A DNA stretch of 64,000 bases from Candidatus Binatia bacterium (GTDB lineage Bacteria; Desulfobacterota; Binatia; Bin18), in contig OX638322.1 of NCBI GenBank assembly GCA_951812575.1, positions 1,237,925 through 1,301,924 on the forward strand. The letters run 5' to 3'. The notes beneath the pieces were generated by a model, which saw only the letters and a list, made by a program, of their open reading frames with translations, did no database searches and was not told where the DNA came from. Position numbers and translations under genes: made by a program. This document shows, piece by piece, positions 27,461-35,203 of the stretch. The stretch's first letter is position 1; each line of letters starts with the position of its first letter.

Positions 27461-27584
27461 CGGGGATTATGGGGTTAGGGATTGGGGAAGGCGCAATGTA
27501 GGGACAACCCCCCGTGGTTGCCCTTCCTAATTTCCCAGAAAATCCCCTCCAAGGAGGGGTGGCCAAAGGCCGGGGTGGGTTCCG
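27461..27584. repeat. GGGGTT-run plus GC-hairpin element, copy 2, followed by a CCCCTCC/GGAGGGG unit
   Basis: CGGGGATTATGGGGTTAGGGATTGGGGAAGGCGCAATGTAGGGACAACCCCCCGTGGTTGCCC, then AAAATCCCCTCCAAGGAGGGGTGGCCAAAGGCCGGGGTGGGTTCC. Confidence 0.75.
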
Positions 27585-27586
27585 TC

Positions 27587-28051
27587 CTATGACAACGCTT
27601 CAATAACTTCAGCCGGGGCCTGTACCAACTCGATCAACACGCCCTCACCACACAGCGGGAACTCCGCATTACCCTTGGGGTGGATGAAACACACATCATA
27701 GCCAGCCGCGCCCTTGCGTATGCCGCCCGGAGTGAACCGTACGCCCTGCTCTGCCAGCCATTTCTCAGCCACATGCAGATCATCGATCCACAGACCGATA
27801 TGATTCAGTGGCGGGTCCTGGACCTTGGGTCGTTTCTCCGGGTCGATAGGCTGCATTAAATCCACTTCCAGTTTGAGTGGTCCCGAGCCAATCACCGCAA
27901 TATCCTCGTCCACATTCTCGTTCTCACTGCGATAATTGCCGCTCAGGCTCAGCCCCAGGGTATCGACCCAGAACTTCCGCAGCGGATTCTTATCCAGCCC
28001 GCCCACCGCGATTTGTTGAATCCCCAGCACTCTAAACGGTCGCTCACTCAT
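27587..28051 (-). CDS. VOC (glyoxalase/dioxygenase-fold) family protein
   Basis: [13 protein letters not shown]...[10 protein letters not shown]...FIHPKG...IELVQ pattern. The start is taken at MSERPF (28051) rather than ORF-track 28117. Confidence 0.55.
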   Translation of the reverse strand: MSERPFRVLGIQQIAVGGLDKNPLRKFWVDTLGLSLSGNYRSENENVDEDIAVIGSGPLKLEVDLMQPIDPEKRPKVQDPPLNHIGLWIDDLHVAEKWLAEQGVRFTPGGIRKGAAGYDVCFIHPKGNAEFPLCGEGVLIELVQAPAEVIEALS

Positions 28052-28224
28052 GGTTTGCTTCCCTCGTATGCCAGTAGTGTCGGGAGTTGTTGTACCGGTT
28101 CTGGGGGAGGGGAACAATTGGGGATGGTGTCAAAGAGGCGCTCGACAATCGTGACGTAATTACAACAATAATCTATACTGATGCACTGACTCAATCTAAG
28201 TGTGAGTATTTGGGAGGTTAAGCG

Positions 28225-29139
28225 ATGGCGGCAAAAATCACTCCACGGCTGATTGAGTTGACGTATGAGGCCGCCCTAAAATCTTACTGGCGCAAAAGTG
28301 CTCTCCGAAAGTTTCTTCGCGCATCTCATATTTCTGAGACCTTCTTGGGCTCCTGGACTGGGGACGAGAGTAAACGTGAATTCTTAGATCGCGCTTTTGA
28401 GGAACTTCAGGAATCTGACAGGGGTAAAGCTGTAATTTTTCAAATGGCTCGAAGCCTCTCCGAGCAGACAACCTTTCCAGACCTTCGTAATTGGGAAGAC
28501 TCAGAACAAAAAGTCCAAGAGGCCCACGGAGCCGTTCAGGAGCTAAAGATATATCTTAAGCAACAGGATGAAGAAATTCGTAGTGAGAGAGAACAAGAAG
28601 AAGCTAAAAAAAGGGCGCGCGAAGAAAAGGCTCGTATACAACGATCCTTGACGGATCGAGCGTCTTTGCAACAACGTCTCGACGCTCTTCACTCTCAAGT
28701 TGGTACCCAAGTTGGTGGATATAAATTTGAGAATTGGTTCTATGATTTTTTAGATTTTTTCGATATCGACAATCGGCGTCCATACAAGACGAATGGAAGG
28801 CAAATTGATGGCTCCCTGACTTATGATGGGACAACCTACCTAGTTGAGCTCAAGTTCACATCTAATCAAGCGAAGCCCGCAGACATAGATTCTCTACGAG
28901 CAAAAGTTGAGGACAAAGCTGATAATACGATGGGGATCTTGGTATCCATATCGGGGTTCTCTAGTGTAGCGATTGACGGAGCTTCAGGACGACGCGGAGT
29001 ACTTCTCCTTTTCGATGCCCAACATATTTACTTATCTTTGTCAGGATCTCTAGGATTCGGTGATGTCATTTCTCGTATTAGAAGGCATGCTGCTCAAACC
29101 GGGAAAGCCTATCTTGAGGTGAGTAAATTCGGCGGATGA
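28225..29139 (+). CDS. Mrr-like PD-(D/E)xK restriction-endonuclease-fold protein with helical/coiled-coil N-terminal domain
   Basis: The C-terminal GRQIDGSLTYDGTTYLVELKFTS...MGILVSISGFSSVA fits the D...E.K Mrr_cat pattern. N-terminal ~190 aa are charged helices (EEIRSEREQEEAKKRAREEKARIQR). The region is AT-richer than its flanks. Confidence 0.55.
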   Translation: MAAKITPRLIELTYEAALKSYWRKSALRKFLRASHISETFLGSWTGDESKREFLDRAFEELQESDRGKAVIFQMARSLSEQTTFPDLRNWEDSEQKVQEAHGAVQELKIYLKQQDEEIRSEREQEEAKKRAREEKARIQRSLTDRASLQQRLDALHSQVGTQVGGYKFENWFYDFLDFFDIDNRRPYKTNGRQIDGSLTYDGTTYLVELKFTSNQAKPADIDSLRAKVEDKADNTMGILVSISGFSSVAIDGASGRRGVLLLFDAQHIYLSLSGSLGFGDVISRIRRHAAQTGKAYLEVSKFGG

Positions 29140-29179
29140 GTCGCATAGTAAGCCTTGCATATCATTCCACGAGGGTATT

Positions 29180-29371
29180 ATGAGAACGAGTGTCGAGATC
29201 GACGATAAACTGATGTCATGCGCTCTTCGTGCTAGCGGCTGTCGTACGAAACGGGCGGCGATTGAAGCCGGCTTGCGCCTGTTGGTTCAGTTCCACAGTC
29301 AGAAAAAACTCCGTACTCTCAAAGGGAAGATCACTTGGGAGGGTGATCTCGATGAGATGAGAAAGGGCTGA
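29180..29371 (+). CDS. VapB-type (DUF2191-like) antitoxin, orphan
   Basis: MRTSVEIDDKLMSCALRASGCRTKRAAIEAGLRLLV resembles the VapB at 46877 (MKTTLDIHDELLARAKRHA...). No PIN gene follows. Confidence 0.6.
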   Translation: MRTSVEIDDKLMSCALRASGCRTKRAAIEAGLRLLVQFHSQKKLRTLKGKITWEGDLDEMRKG

Positions 29372-29422
29372 CGTAGTTCGGAGGTGCCTGGGACTCCTCT
29401 TTTCCCCTGCTCTTCGTCGAGT

Positions 29423-29451
29423 TTGACACGTGTCACGTGACGGATTACTCT
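29423..29451 (+). promoter_or_regulatory. Candidate higBA promoter/operator (TTGACA, 12-bp perfect palindrome, TACTCT)
   Basis: TTGACA at 29423-29428, a 17-nt spacer, then TACTCT at 29446-29451. The perfect palindrome TGACACGTGTCA at 29424-29435 overlaps the -35. The higB GTG lies only 7 nt after the -10. Confidence 0.35.
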
Positions 29452-29458
29452 CGGTGAA

Positions 29459-29740
29459 GTGATCCAAACATTTGCTGATAGAAACACCGCAGAGTTGTAT
29501 AAAAGAGGAAAAGCAAAACGTTTCCCTTCGGAAATATGGAGACAGGCACGGCGACGATTGGAGTATATCGATTTGGCGACTCGCTTAGAAGATTTGCAGG
29601 TCCCTCCAAGTAATCGTTTACATAAACTGAGTCGAGACCGAGAAGGGCAGTATGCTATCTCGGTGAACACCCAATGGCGGATATGCTTTCGTTTTGTGGA
29701 TGGCGACGCATACGATGTCGAAGTAACGGATTATCACTGA
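29459..29740 (+). CDS. higB: HigB-type (RelE/ParE superfamily) toxin
   Basis: MIQTFADRNTAELY...VPPSNRLHKLSRDREGQYAISVNTQWRICFRF, the typical plasmid-maintenance-killer HigB pattern. Confidence 0.85.
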   Translation: MIQTFADRNTAELYKRGKAKRFPSEIWRQARRRLEYIDLATRLEDLQVPPSNRLHKLSRDREGQYAISVNTQWRICFRFVDGDAYDVEVTDYH

Positions 29741-29753
29741 GACGAGGTATCGG

Positions 29754-30068
29754 ATGAGTATTCCCAACAATAGAGCAAGACAGGTCCGTCCGACCCATCC
29801 AGGGGAAATGTTGCGGGAAGATTTCTTACCGGACTATGGGCTGACCGTGTCGAATTTTGCCCAGGCCCTTGGAGTGTCGCGCCAGACGGTGAATGAGTTG
29901 CTGCGAGAACGACGAGCCGTGAGCCCGGAGATGGCGCTACGGCTCTCTCGACTCTTTGGCAATACCGCTGAGTTTTGGCTAAACGCTCAGCAGGCGGTTG
30001 ATCTGTGGGATGGGGCCAGAGATATGAAAAAGCAACTCGCTCGGATTTCGCCCTTGAAAGCAGCGTAA
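29754..30068 (+). CDS. higA: HigA-type XRE-HTH antitoxin
   Basis: HPGEMLREDFL...LTVSNFAQALGVSRQTVNELLRERRAVSPEMALRLSRLFG.TAEFWLN.Q. Confidence 0.85.
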   Translation: MSIPNNRARQVRPTHPGEMLREDFLPDYGLTVSNFAQALGVSRQTVNELLRERRAVSPEMALRLSRLFGNTAEFWLNAQQAVDLWDGARDMKKQLARISPLKAA

Positions 30069-30115
30069 CCGTGTTGTGGGAGGTCAGACGAATCTGAGCC
30101 CCCCATATTTCTCAC

Positions 30116-30520
30116 TCACACCCACTTAAAAATCCGGGCGGCCTTGAGCGTATCCGCGTACTCTTCGATCTTGGCGATTTTGCCGTCGCGACACTGATAC
30201 ACCCAGCAGTATTCGTTATCGTACTGCTCGCCGTCTTTGGACTTGGCAGAGATGGCGTGCTGGACCACCGCGGTGTCGCCATCGGCCAGGATACGGTGGA
30301 TGGTCAGGCGGAAGGTCTTCATATCGAACAGTTTTTTCGGGGTGTCGCCGCCCAACTCGGCCGCGACCGCCTCCGGCCCCTCAATGACCCCGATCGGCGT
30401 GCTCTGGGGTGGATACCAGACCACGTCTTCGGTAAACAGAGACGCCAGCTTTTTCCGGTCTCCGGTCGGCAGGGTTTCGTAATAGGTCTTGATTAAGGAC
30501 CGGGTTTCTTCTGTTTGCAT
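30116..30520 (-). CDS. SnoaL/NTF2-like fold protein
   Basis: 134 aa. LFTEDVVWYPP...DGDTAVVQH...YCWVYQCRDGKIAKIEEY, the typical ketosteroid-isomerase-like pattern. Confidence 0.55.
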   Translation of the reverse strand: MQTEETRSLIKTYYETLPTGDRKKLASLFTEDVVWYPPQSTPIGVIEGPEAVAAELGGDTPKKLFDMKTFRLTIHRILADGDTAVVQHAISAKSKDGEQYDNEYCWVYQCRDGKIAKIEEYADTLKAARIFKWV

Positions 30521-30669
30521 GGGTTCGTCCTCCTCAGGATACGTTTCTCTTCCGCTGCCAACTTGTTTGCGCCCTCATGTTCGGCTACCGTCCCAAACAT
30601 TCTTCTGTGTGTCTTGAACTTTTTGACCCGCTCTCGACATCAAAGAGACAGAGATCATAATATAGGTGT

Positions 30670-31791
30670 ATGGTGCAATACGTAGGCATTTTAACCAGCG
30701 GTGGAGATTGTCCCGGACTCAACGCGGCCATTCGCGCGGTCGGTAAGGCTTGTTTGGAAGCCTATGACATCCGGATTATCGGTTTTCAAAACGGTTTTCG
30801 CGGATTGGTGCAGAATCAAACCCTGGAGTTAGACAGAAAAGCGCTCTCGGGCATTCTGACCGACGGCGGGACCATTCTCGGCACCAGTCGGGATAAGCCG
30901 CACCGGATGTCCATTGGCGGCAGAGTCCACGATATGACAGATGCTGTCGTTGATACCTACCGGCGGCATCATCTGGATGCGCTGGTCTGTCTGGGCGGGG
31001 GCGGTACGCAGAAAAACGCGCTGCGTCTCAAAAAAGCCGGGCTGAGTATCATTACCTTGCCAAAAACGATTGATAACGATATTGCCAAGACCGACGTCAC
31101 GTTCGGGTTTAATACCGCGGTGGGCATTGCGACCGAGGCCATAGACCGGCTGCATTCAACCGCGACTAGCCATGACCGGATTATCGTGGTCGAAGTGATG
31201 GGCCACAGAGCGGGCTGGTTGGCTCTTCAAGCCGGAACGGCCGGTGGGGCGGATGTCATTCTTATCCCGGAAATCCCCTATCATATTGAGCGGGTTGCCC
31301 AGACTATCCGGGAACGGACCAGGCAGGGCAAACACTTCAGCATTGTCGTGGTCGCAGAAGGCGCGCTGTCTCTCAGTGACGCCGAAAAGGTCGAGGAACT
31401 CGTGCACCAAAAACGGGAGGCCAAAGACAGAGAAGAAAAGGAAAAGGCCTCGGCCAAACTGGAAAAATTCCATAAGGAGCACGTTGGCCATACGATTCAC
31501 CTCACCCAGGAGTTGGAGCGCCTGACGGGCCAGGAATCGCGCCTGACCATTCTTGGCCATCTGCAACGCGGGGGAACACCCTCGGCCACGGACCGTGTCC
31601 TTGCCACCTGGCTGGGCACACGCTGCGCTCAGTTGCTGCGCGAAGGTCACGACGGCTTTATGCTGGCCGTGCAGGACCAAGAGCTCCGGCCCGTGCCTTT
31701 GGAAGAAGTCGCAGGGAAAAAGAAGCTGGTCTCTCCGGACCATCCCCTCGTTGAAGCGGCGCGTCTGGTCGGAACCAGCTTTGGCGATTAA
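30670..31791 (+). CDS. pfkA: 6-phosphofructokinase
   Basis: [46 protein letters not shown]. Confidence 0.85.
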   Translation: MVQYVGILTSGGDCPGLNAAIRAVGKACLEAYDIRIIGFQNGFRGLVQNQTLELDRKALSGILTDGGTILGTSRDKPHRMSIGGRVHDMTDAVVDTYRRHHLDALVCLGGGGTQKNALRLKKAGLSIITLPKTIDNDIAKTDVTFGFNTAVGIATEAIDRLHSTATSHDRIIVVEVMGHRAGWLALQAGTAGGADVILIPEIPYHIERVAQTIRERTRQGKHFSIVVVAEGALSLSDAEKVEELVHQKREAKDREEKEKASAKLEKFHKEHVGHTIHLTQELERLTGQESRLTILGHLQRGGTPSATDRVLATWLGTRCAQLLREGHDGFMLAVQDQELRPVPLEEVAGKKKLVSPDHPLVEAARLVGTSFGD

Positions 31792-31826
31792 TATGCTTCG
31801 GCCTGTCCACAACAGAGGGAGACACT

Positions 31827-32753
31827 ATGAAAACGGAAGAGATCCTCGCCCATAGCCCAAAGGTCCTCACCCAGGAGCAGCGTGAGTTTTATTTCGATCA
31901 GGGATATCTGCTGCTGGAGAAATTCATCTCTGACGACTGGCTGGATACCCTCTGGGCAACGACCAGCGCGTTCATTGAGCAGAGCCGGGTAGAAACTCCG
32001 TCCAAAGAACTCTTTGACGTGGAACCGAGTCATACCCCGAGCAGTCCCCGCCTGCGGCGTCTCCTTAGCCCGGTCGATACGCATCCGGTCTATCGCGAGT
32101 TTGCGTTTGAAGGACCGCTGGCCGACCTCGCCCAGGACCTGCTCGGTCCGAACGTGAAATACCACCACTCAAAACTCAACTTCAAATGGTCGGACGGGGG
32201 CGAAGAAGTGAAGTGGCATCAGGATATTCAGTACTGGCCGCACACCAATTATTCACCCCTCACGATTGGCGTCTACCTGAGTGATGTGGACGAGGAGATG
32301 GGTCCGATGGGAGTGATTCCTGAAAGCCATAAAGGACCACTGTTTGATCTGTACAACGAGAACAATGAGTGGACCGGCGCCCTCAACGATCAGGATGTGG
32401 CCCGTGTCGGCCCACACAATGCCGTGTGGCTGAAGGGCCCGAGAGGCTCGGTGACCGTCCATAACTGCCGTATGGTCCACGGGTCGATGCCCAATCACTC
32501 GCCGCGTATGCGCCCGCTCCTTCTCCAGACGTACGCGGCGGCCGATGCGATTACGCTCACAAACCTGACAGACCGGTTCCCGCACTCGAATCGCATTATC
32601 CGTGGCGAGGCCGCGAAGTGGATCGATTTCGACCCACGCCCGTGCCTCATGCCGCCCGACTGGTCCGCCGGCTACCGCTCCATCTTTGCCGTGCAGCAGA
32701 TGGAAGAGGGTGCCGGCAGCCGGACGGTCGCTGGGAGCGCGGGTATGATGTAA
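31827..32753 (+). CDS. Phytanoyl-CoA dioxygenase (PhyH) family Fe(II)/2OG oxygenase
   Basis: F..QGYL.LE.F, the WHQDIQYWPH (HxD) motif, and a distal VHGS.PN. Confidence 0.7.
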   Translation: MKTEEILAHSPKVLTQEQREFYFDQGYLLLEKFISDDWLDTLWATTSAFIEQSRVETPSKELFDVEPSHTPSSPRLRRLLSPVDTHPVYREFAFEGPLADLAQDLLGPNVKYHHSKLNFKWSDGGEEVKWHQDIQYWPHTNYSPLTIGVYLSDVDEEMGPMGVIPESHKGPLFDLYNENNEWTGALNDQDVARVGPHNAVWLKGPRGSVTVHNCRMVHGSMPNHSPRMRPLLLQTYAAADAITLTNLTDRFPHSNRIIRGEAAKWIDFDPRPCLMPPDWSAGYRSIFAVQQMEEGAGSRTVAGSAGMM

Positions 32754-32926
32754 GCAACGCGTCGAATAGTCTCCGAGTCGACCGTAGCTCTCTTCAGGCA
32801 AGACACCCACACGACAGGCATGAGAGGGAAATCAGGCGGCGAGTGAGACCCGCCGCCGGTGAGCATCCCGGTCGAGATGGGGCTCCTGAACACACCTGGA
32901 CGGCTCTTCCCTCAGAAGGAGAAGGT

Positions 32927-33799
32927 ATGAAATTCGGTATCGTACCCATTAACCTGCGTGAGTTCACCGACCCGGAAATGGTGATTCCGCTTGTCCAAAG
33001 GGCGGAAGCACTTGGGTATGAGTCTGTCTGGACCGCAGAGCATGTGATCATTCCCAAGCAGTATGACTCGGTGTATCCCTATAATCCGGACGGAAAACTG
33101 CCGTTCAAACCTGACGCGCCGATTATCGACCCCTTGGTTGCCCTGACCTTTATCGCCTCGGCCACCACGACGCTCCGGTTGGGCACCGGGGTCAATATTC
33201 TGCCCCAGATGAGCCCGCTCTATTTGGCCAAATGGGCCTCGTCGATTGATCATCTGTCCCAGGGACGGTTGATGCTCGGCCTGGGCATAGGCTGGCTGCG
33301 TGAGGAGTTTGCCGCTATCGGCGTGCCGTTCGAGCGGCGAGGCAAGCGGGCCAATGAATATCTCGAAGCCCTCAAGACAGTCTGGACTGGTGAGGAGATT
33401 GATTTCCGAGGCGAGTTTGTCAACTGGCAGGGGTTTACCATGCGGCCCAAACCCGCCCAGGCAGGCGGGGTACCGCTGGTCATTGGGGGTATAACGGCAT
33501 CTGCGATCCGGCGCACGGTCAAATATGGCGATGGCTGGTATGTGATTGGCAAAGACTTGGACGACTACCGGGCCCATATGCAGGCGCTGGCAGAAGAATG
33601 TGACCGCCAGGGCCGTGACAAACAGGAACTCGAAATTACCGCCTACTGGAATTACTACGGAGAGGGGCTGGACAGTCTTGCCGTGTACGAAGACCTCGGC
33701 GTGCACCGCCTCTTGGTCAATATGCACGCGCTGCGGGCCGGCGATGTCACCACTGCCATGGAGCGTTTTGCCGACGAGGTCGTGGCCAAACGCGGCTAG
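32927..33799 (+). CDS. Luciferase-like monooxygenase (LLM) class, probably F420-dependent oxidoreductase
   Basis: The ATG at 32927 is preceded by AGGAGAAGG. MKFGIVP...AEALGYESVWTAEH...LRLGTGV...LGLGIGW. The ORF-track start 32618 overlaps the PhyH gene. Confidence 0.75.
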   Translation: MKFGIVPINLREFTDPEMVIPLVQRAEALGYESVWTAEHVIIPKQYDSVYPYNPDGKLPFKPDAPIIDPLVALTFIASATTTLRLGTGVNILPQMSPLYLAKWASSIDHLSQGRLMLGLGIGWLREEFAAIGVPFERRGKRANEYLEALKTVWTGEEIDFRGEFVNWQGFTMRPKPAQAGGVPLVIGGITASAIRRTVKYGDGWYVIGKDLDDYRAHMQALAEECDRQGRDKQELEITAYWNYYGEGLDSLAVYEDLGVHRLLVNMHALRAGDVTTAMERFADEVVAKRG

Positions 33800-33814
33800 T
33801 CAAGGATACGGAAG

Positions 33815-34768
33815 ATGAGCCACGTCACGTTCGGAACAACCTTGGGCGGGTTTGGGGGCGGGCTGGTTTCCGGCCCGACGCTGTGTCGCTGGGCCGAGGA
33901 AATCGAACAGCTCGGCTATGACATTCTTTTCTACCGCGACCATGTGCTGTGGCACAGCCCGGTGCTTGACCCGTTCACCATGCTGGGCGCGTTTGCGGCG
34001 CGGACAACGAAGATCAAACTCGGCACTGGGGTGCTGCTCCTCCCGCTGCGCAATCCAACCCTGGTCGCCAAAATGATAGGCAGCCTGGACTGGCTGTCCG
34101 GCGGGCGGTCCATCCTCGGCGTGGGCGTTGGGGGCGAGTTTCAAAAAGAATATGAAGCTTGCGGTATTTCCTTGAGGGAACGTGGCCGGCGTGCCACTGA
34201 AGGGCTGCGTGTGATTAAGAAACTCTGGACCAACCCGTCAGCGACGTGTGAGGGCCAATTTCTACAATTTGAGGACGCCCAGATGACTCCGCGTCCGCTT
34301 CAGCAACCGCATCCCCCTATCTGGGTCGGCGGCCGGGTTGACGCGGCGCTGAAACGGGCTGGGACGTATGGGGACGGCTGGTTTGCGTATTTTGTGACAC
34401 CGGAGCGTTTTCGCACCAGCCTGGACAAGGCGTTGGAGCACTGGCATCAACGCCAGGCTGCCGCGCGGACCACGTTTACCGGGGGCGTGGTCCTGTATTT
34501 CTGTATCGCACCCACGTACGAAGCAGCGCGAGCGAATGCCATGCACACCTTGTCAACGGAATATAATCAGTCGTTTGAGAGGATTATCGATAAGTATAGC
34601 GCACTGGGTCCGGCTTCGGAGTGCGTAGCCACGATTCAACGTTATATCGAAGCCGGAGCACAGCATATGACCCTGCTGCCGGCGGTCCCGGCCGCCGCGA
34701 CCATGGATCAACTCCGATCCCTTGCGACAGACGTGTTGCCGCACTTACGGTCCTTGCCGTCCCCATAG
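33815..34768 (+). CDS. Second LLM-class oxidoreductase
   Basis: GYD.LFYRDH...IKLGTGVLLLPLRNP...GRSILGVGVGGE...GDGWF pattern. Confidence 0.7.
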   Translation: MSHVTFGTTLGGFGGGLVSGPTLCRWAEEIEQLGYDILFYRDHVLWHSPVLDPFTMLGAFAARTTKIKLGTGVLLLPLRNPTLVAKMIGSLDWLSGGRSILGVGVGGEFQKEYEACGISLRERGRRATEGLRVIKKLWTNPSATCEGQFLQFEDAQMTPRPLQQPHPPIWVGGRVDAALKRAGTYGDGWFAYFVTPERFRTSLDKALEHWHQRQAAARTTFTGGVVLYFCIAPTYEAARANAMHTLSTEYNQSFERIIDKYSALGPASECVATIQRYIEAGAQHMTLLPAVPAAATMDQLRSLATDVLPHLRSLPSP

Positions 34769-34852
34769 GTGGGAAGTCTGGGGTCGGGTATGGCCGTGTT
34801 GACCGGCGAGAGGGGGACATGATGGACAGCGCTGGGGAATGCTTGCGGCCAA

Positions 34853-35200
34853 TTAGCCAGACGGACGAGAGTGGCGATAGCCGTGTGTAGGATTGGAACC
34901 GGCATTGAGACAGCCTTCCAATCTTTCGTAATCGCCCAGGTGAGCCCGCATCAGACTTTTCCACAGTCTGCCATGATTCGGCACGGAGAAATGCAGGAGC
35001 TCATGGACGATGACATAGTCCCACAGTTCGTCGTCAAGATCGAGCAACTCGCGGTTGAAGTTCAGATGGCCGTTCGTTGAGCAAGACGCCCACTTGTTGC
35101 GCATCGGACGAATGCCCAGCCAGACGATCTTCACGTCCAACTTCTCAGCCCAGGAATGGACGCGTTGCTTGAACTCCCGTTTGTGGTCGGTCGCCGGCAT
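34853..35200 (-). CDS. Short DUF45/YgjP-like (M48-type) zinc metallopeptidase, R-M-linked
   Basis: RNKWASCSTNGHLNFN..L......DYVIVHELLHF.VPNH (HExxH). Its start lies 3 nt after the hsdR stop. Only the C-terminal half of the usual ~230-aa protein is present. Confidence 0.65.
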   Translation of the reverse strand: MPATDHKREFKQRVHSWAEKLDVKIVWLGIRPMRNKWASCSTNGHLNFNRELLDLDDELWDYVIVHELLHFSVPNHGRLWKSLMRAHLGDYERLEGCLNAGSNPTHGYRHSRPSG

Positions 35201-35203
35201 AGA

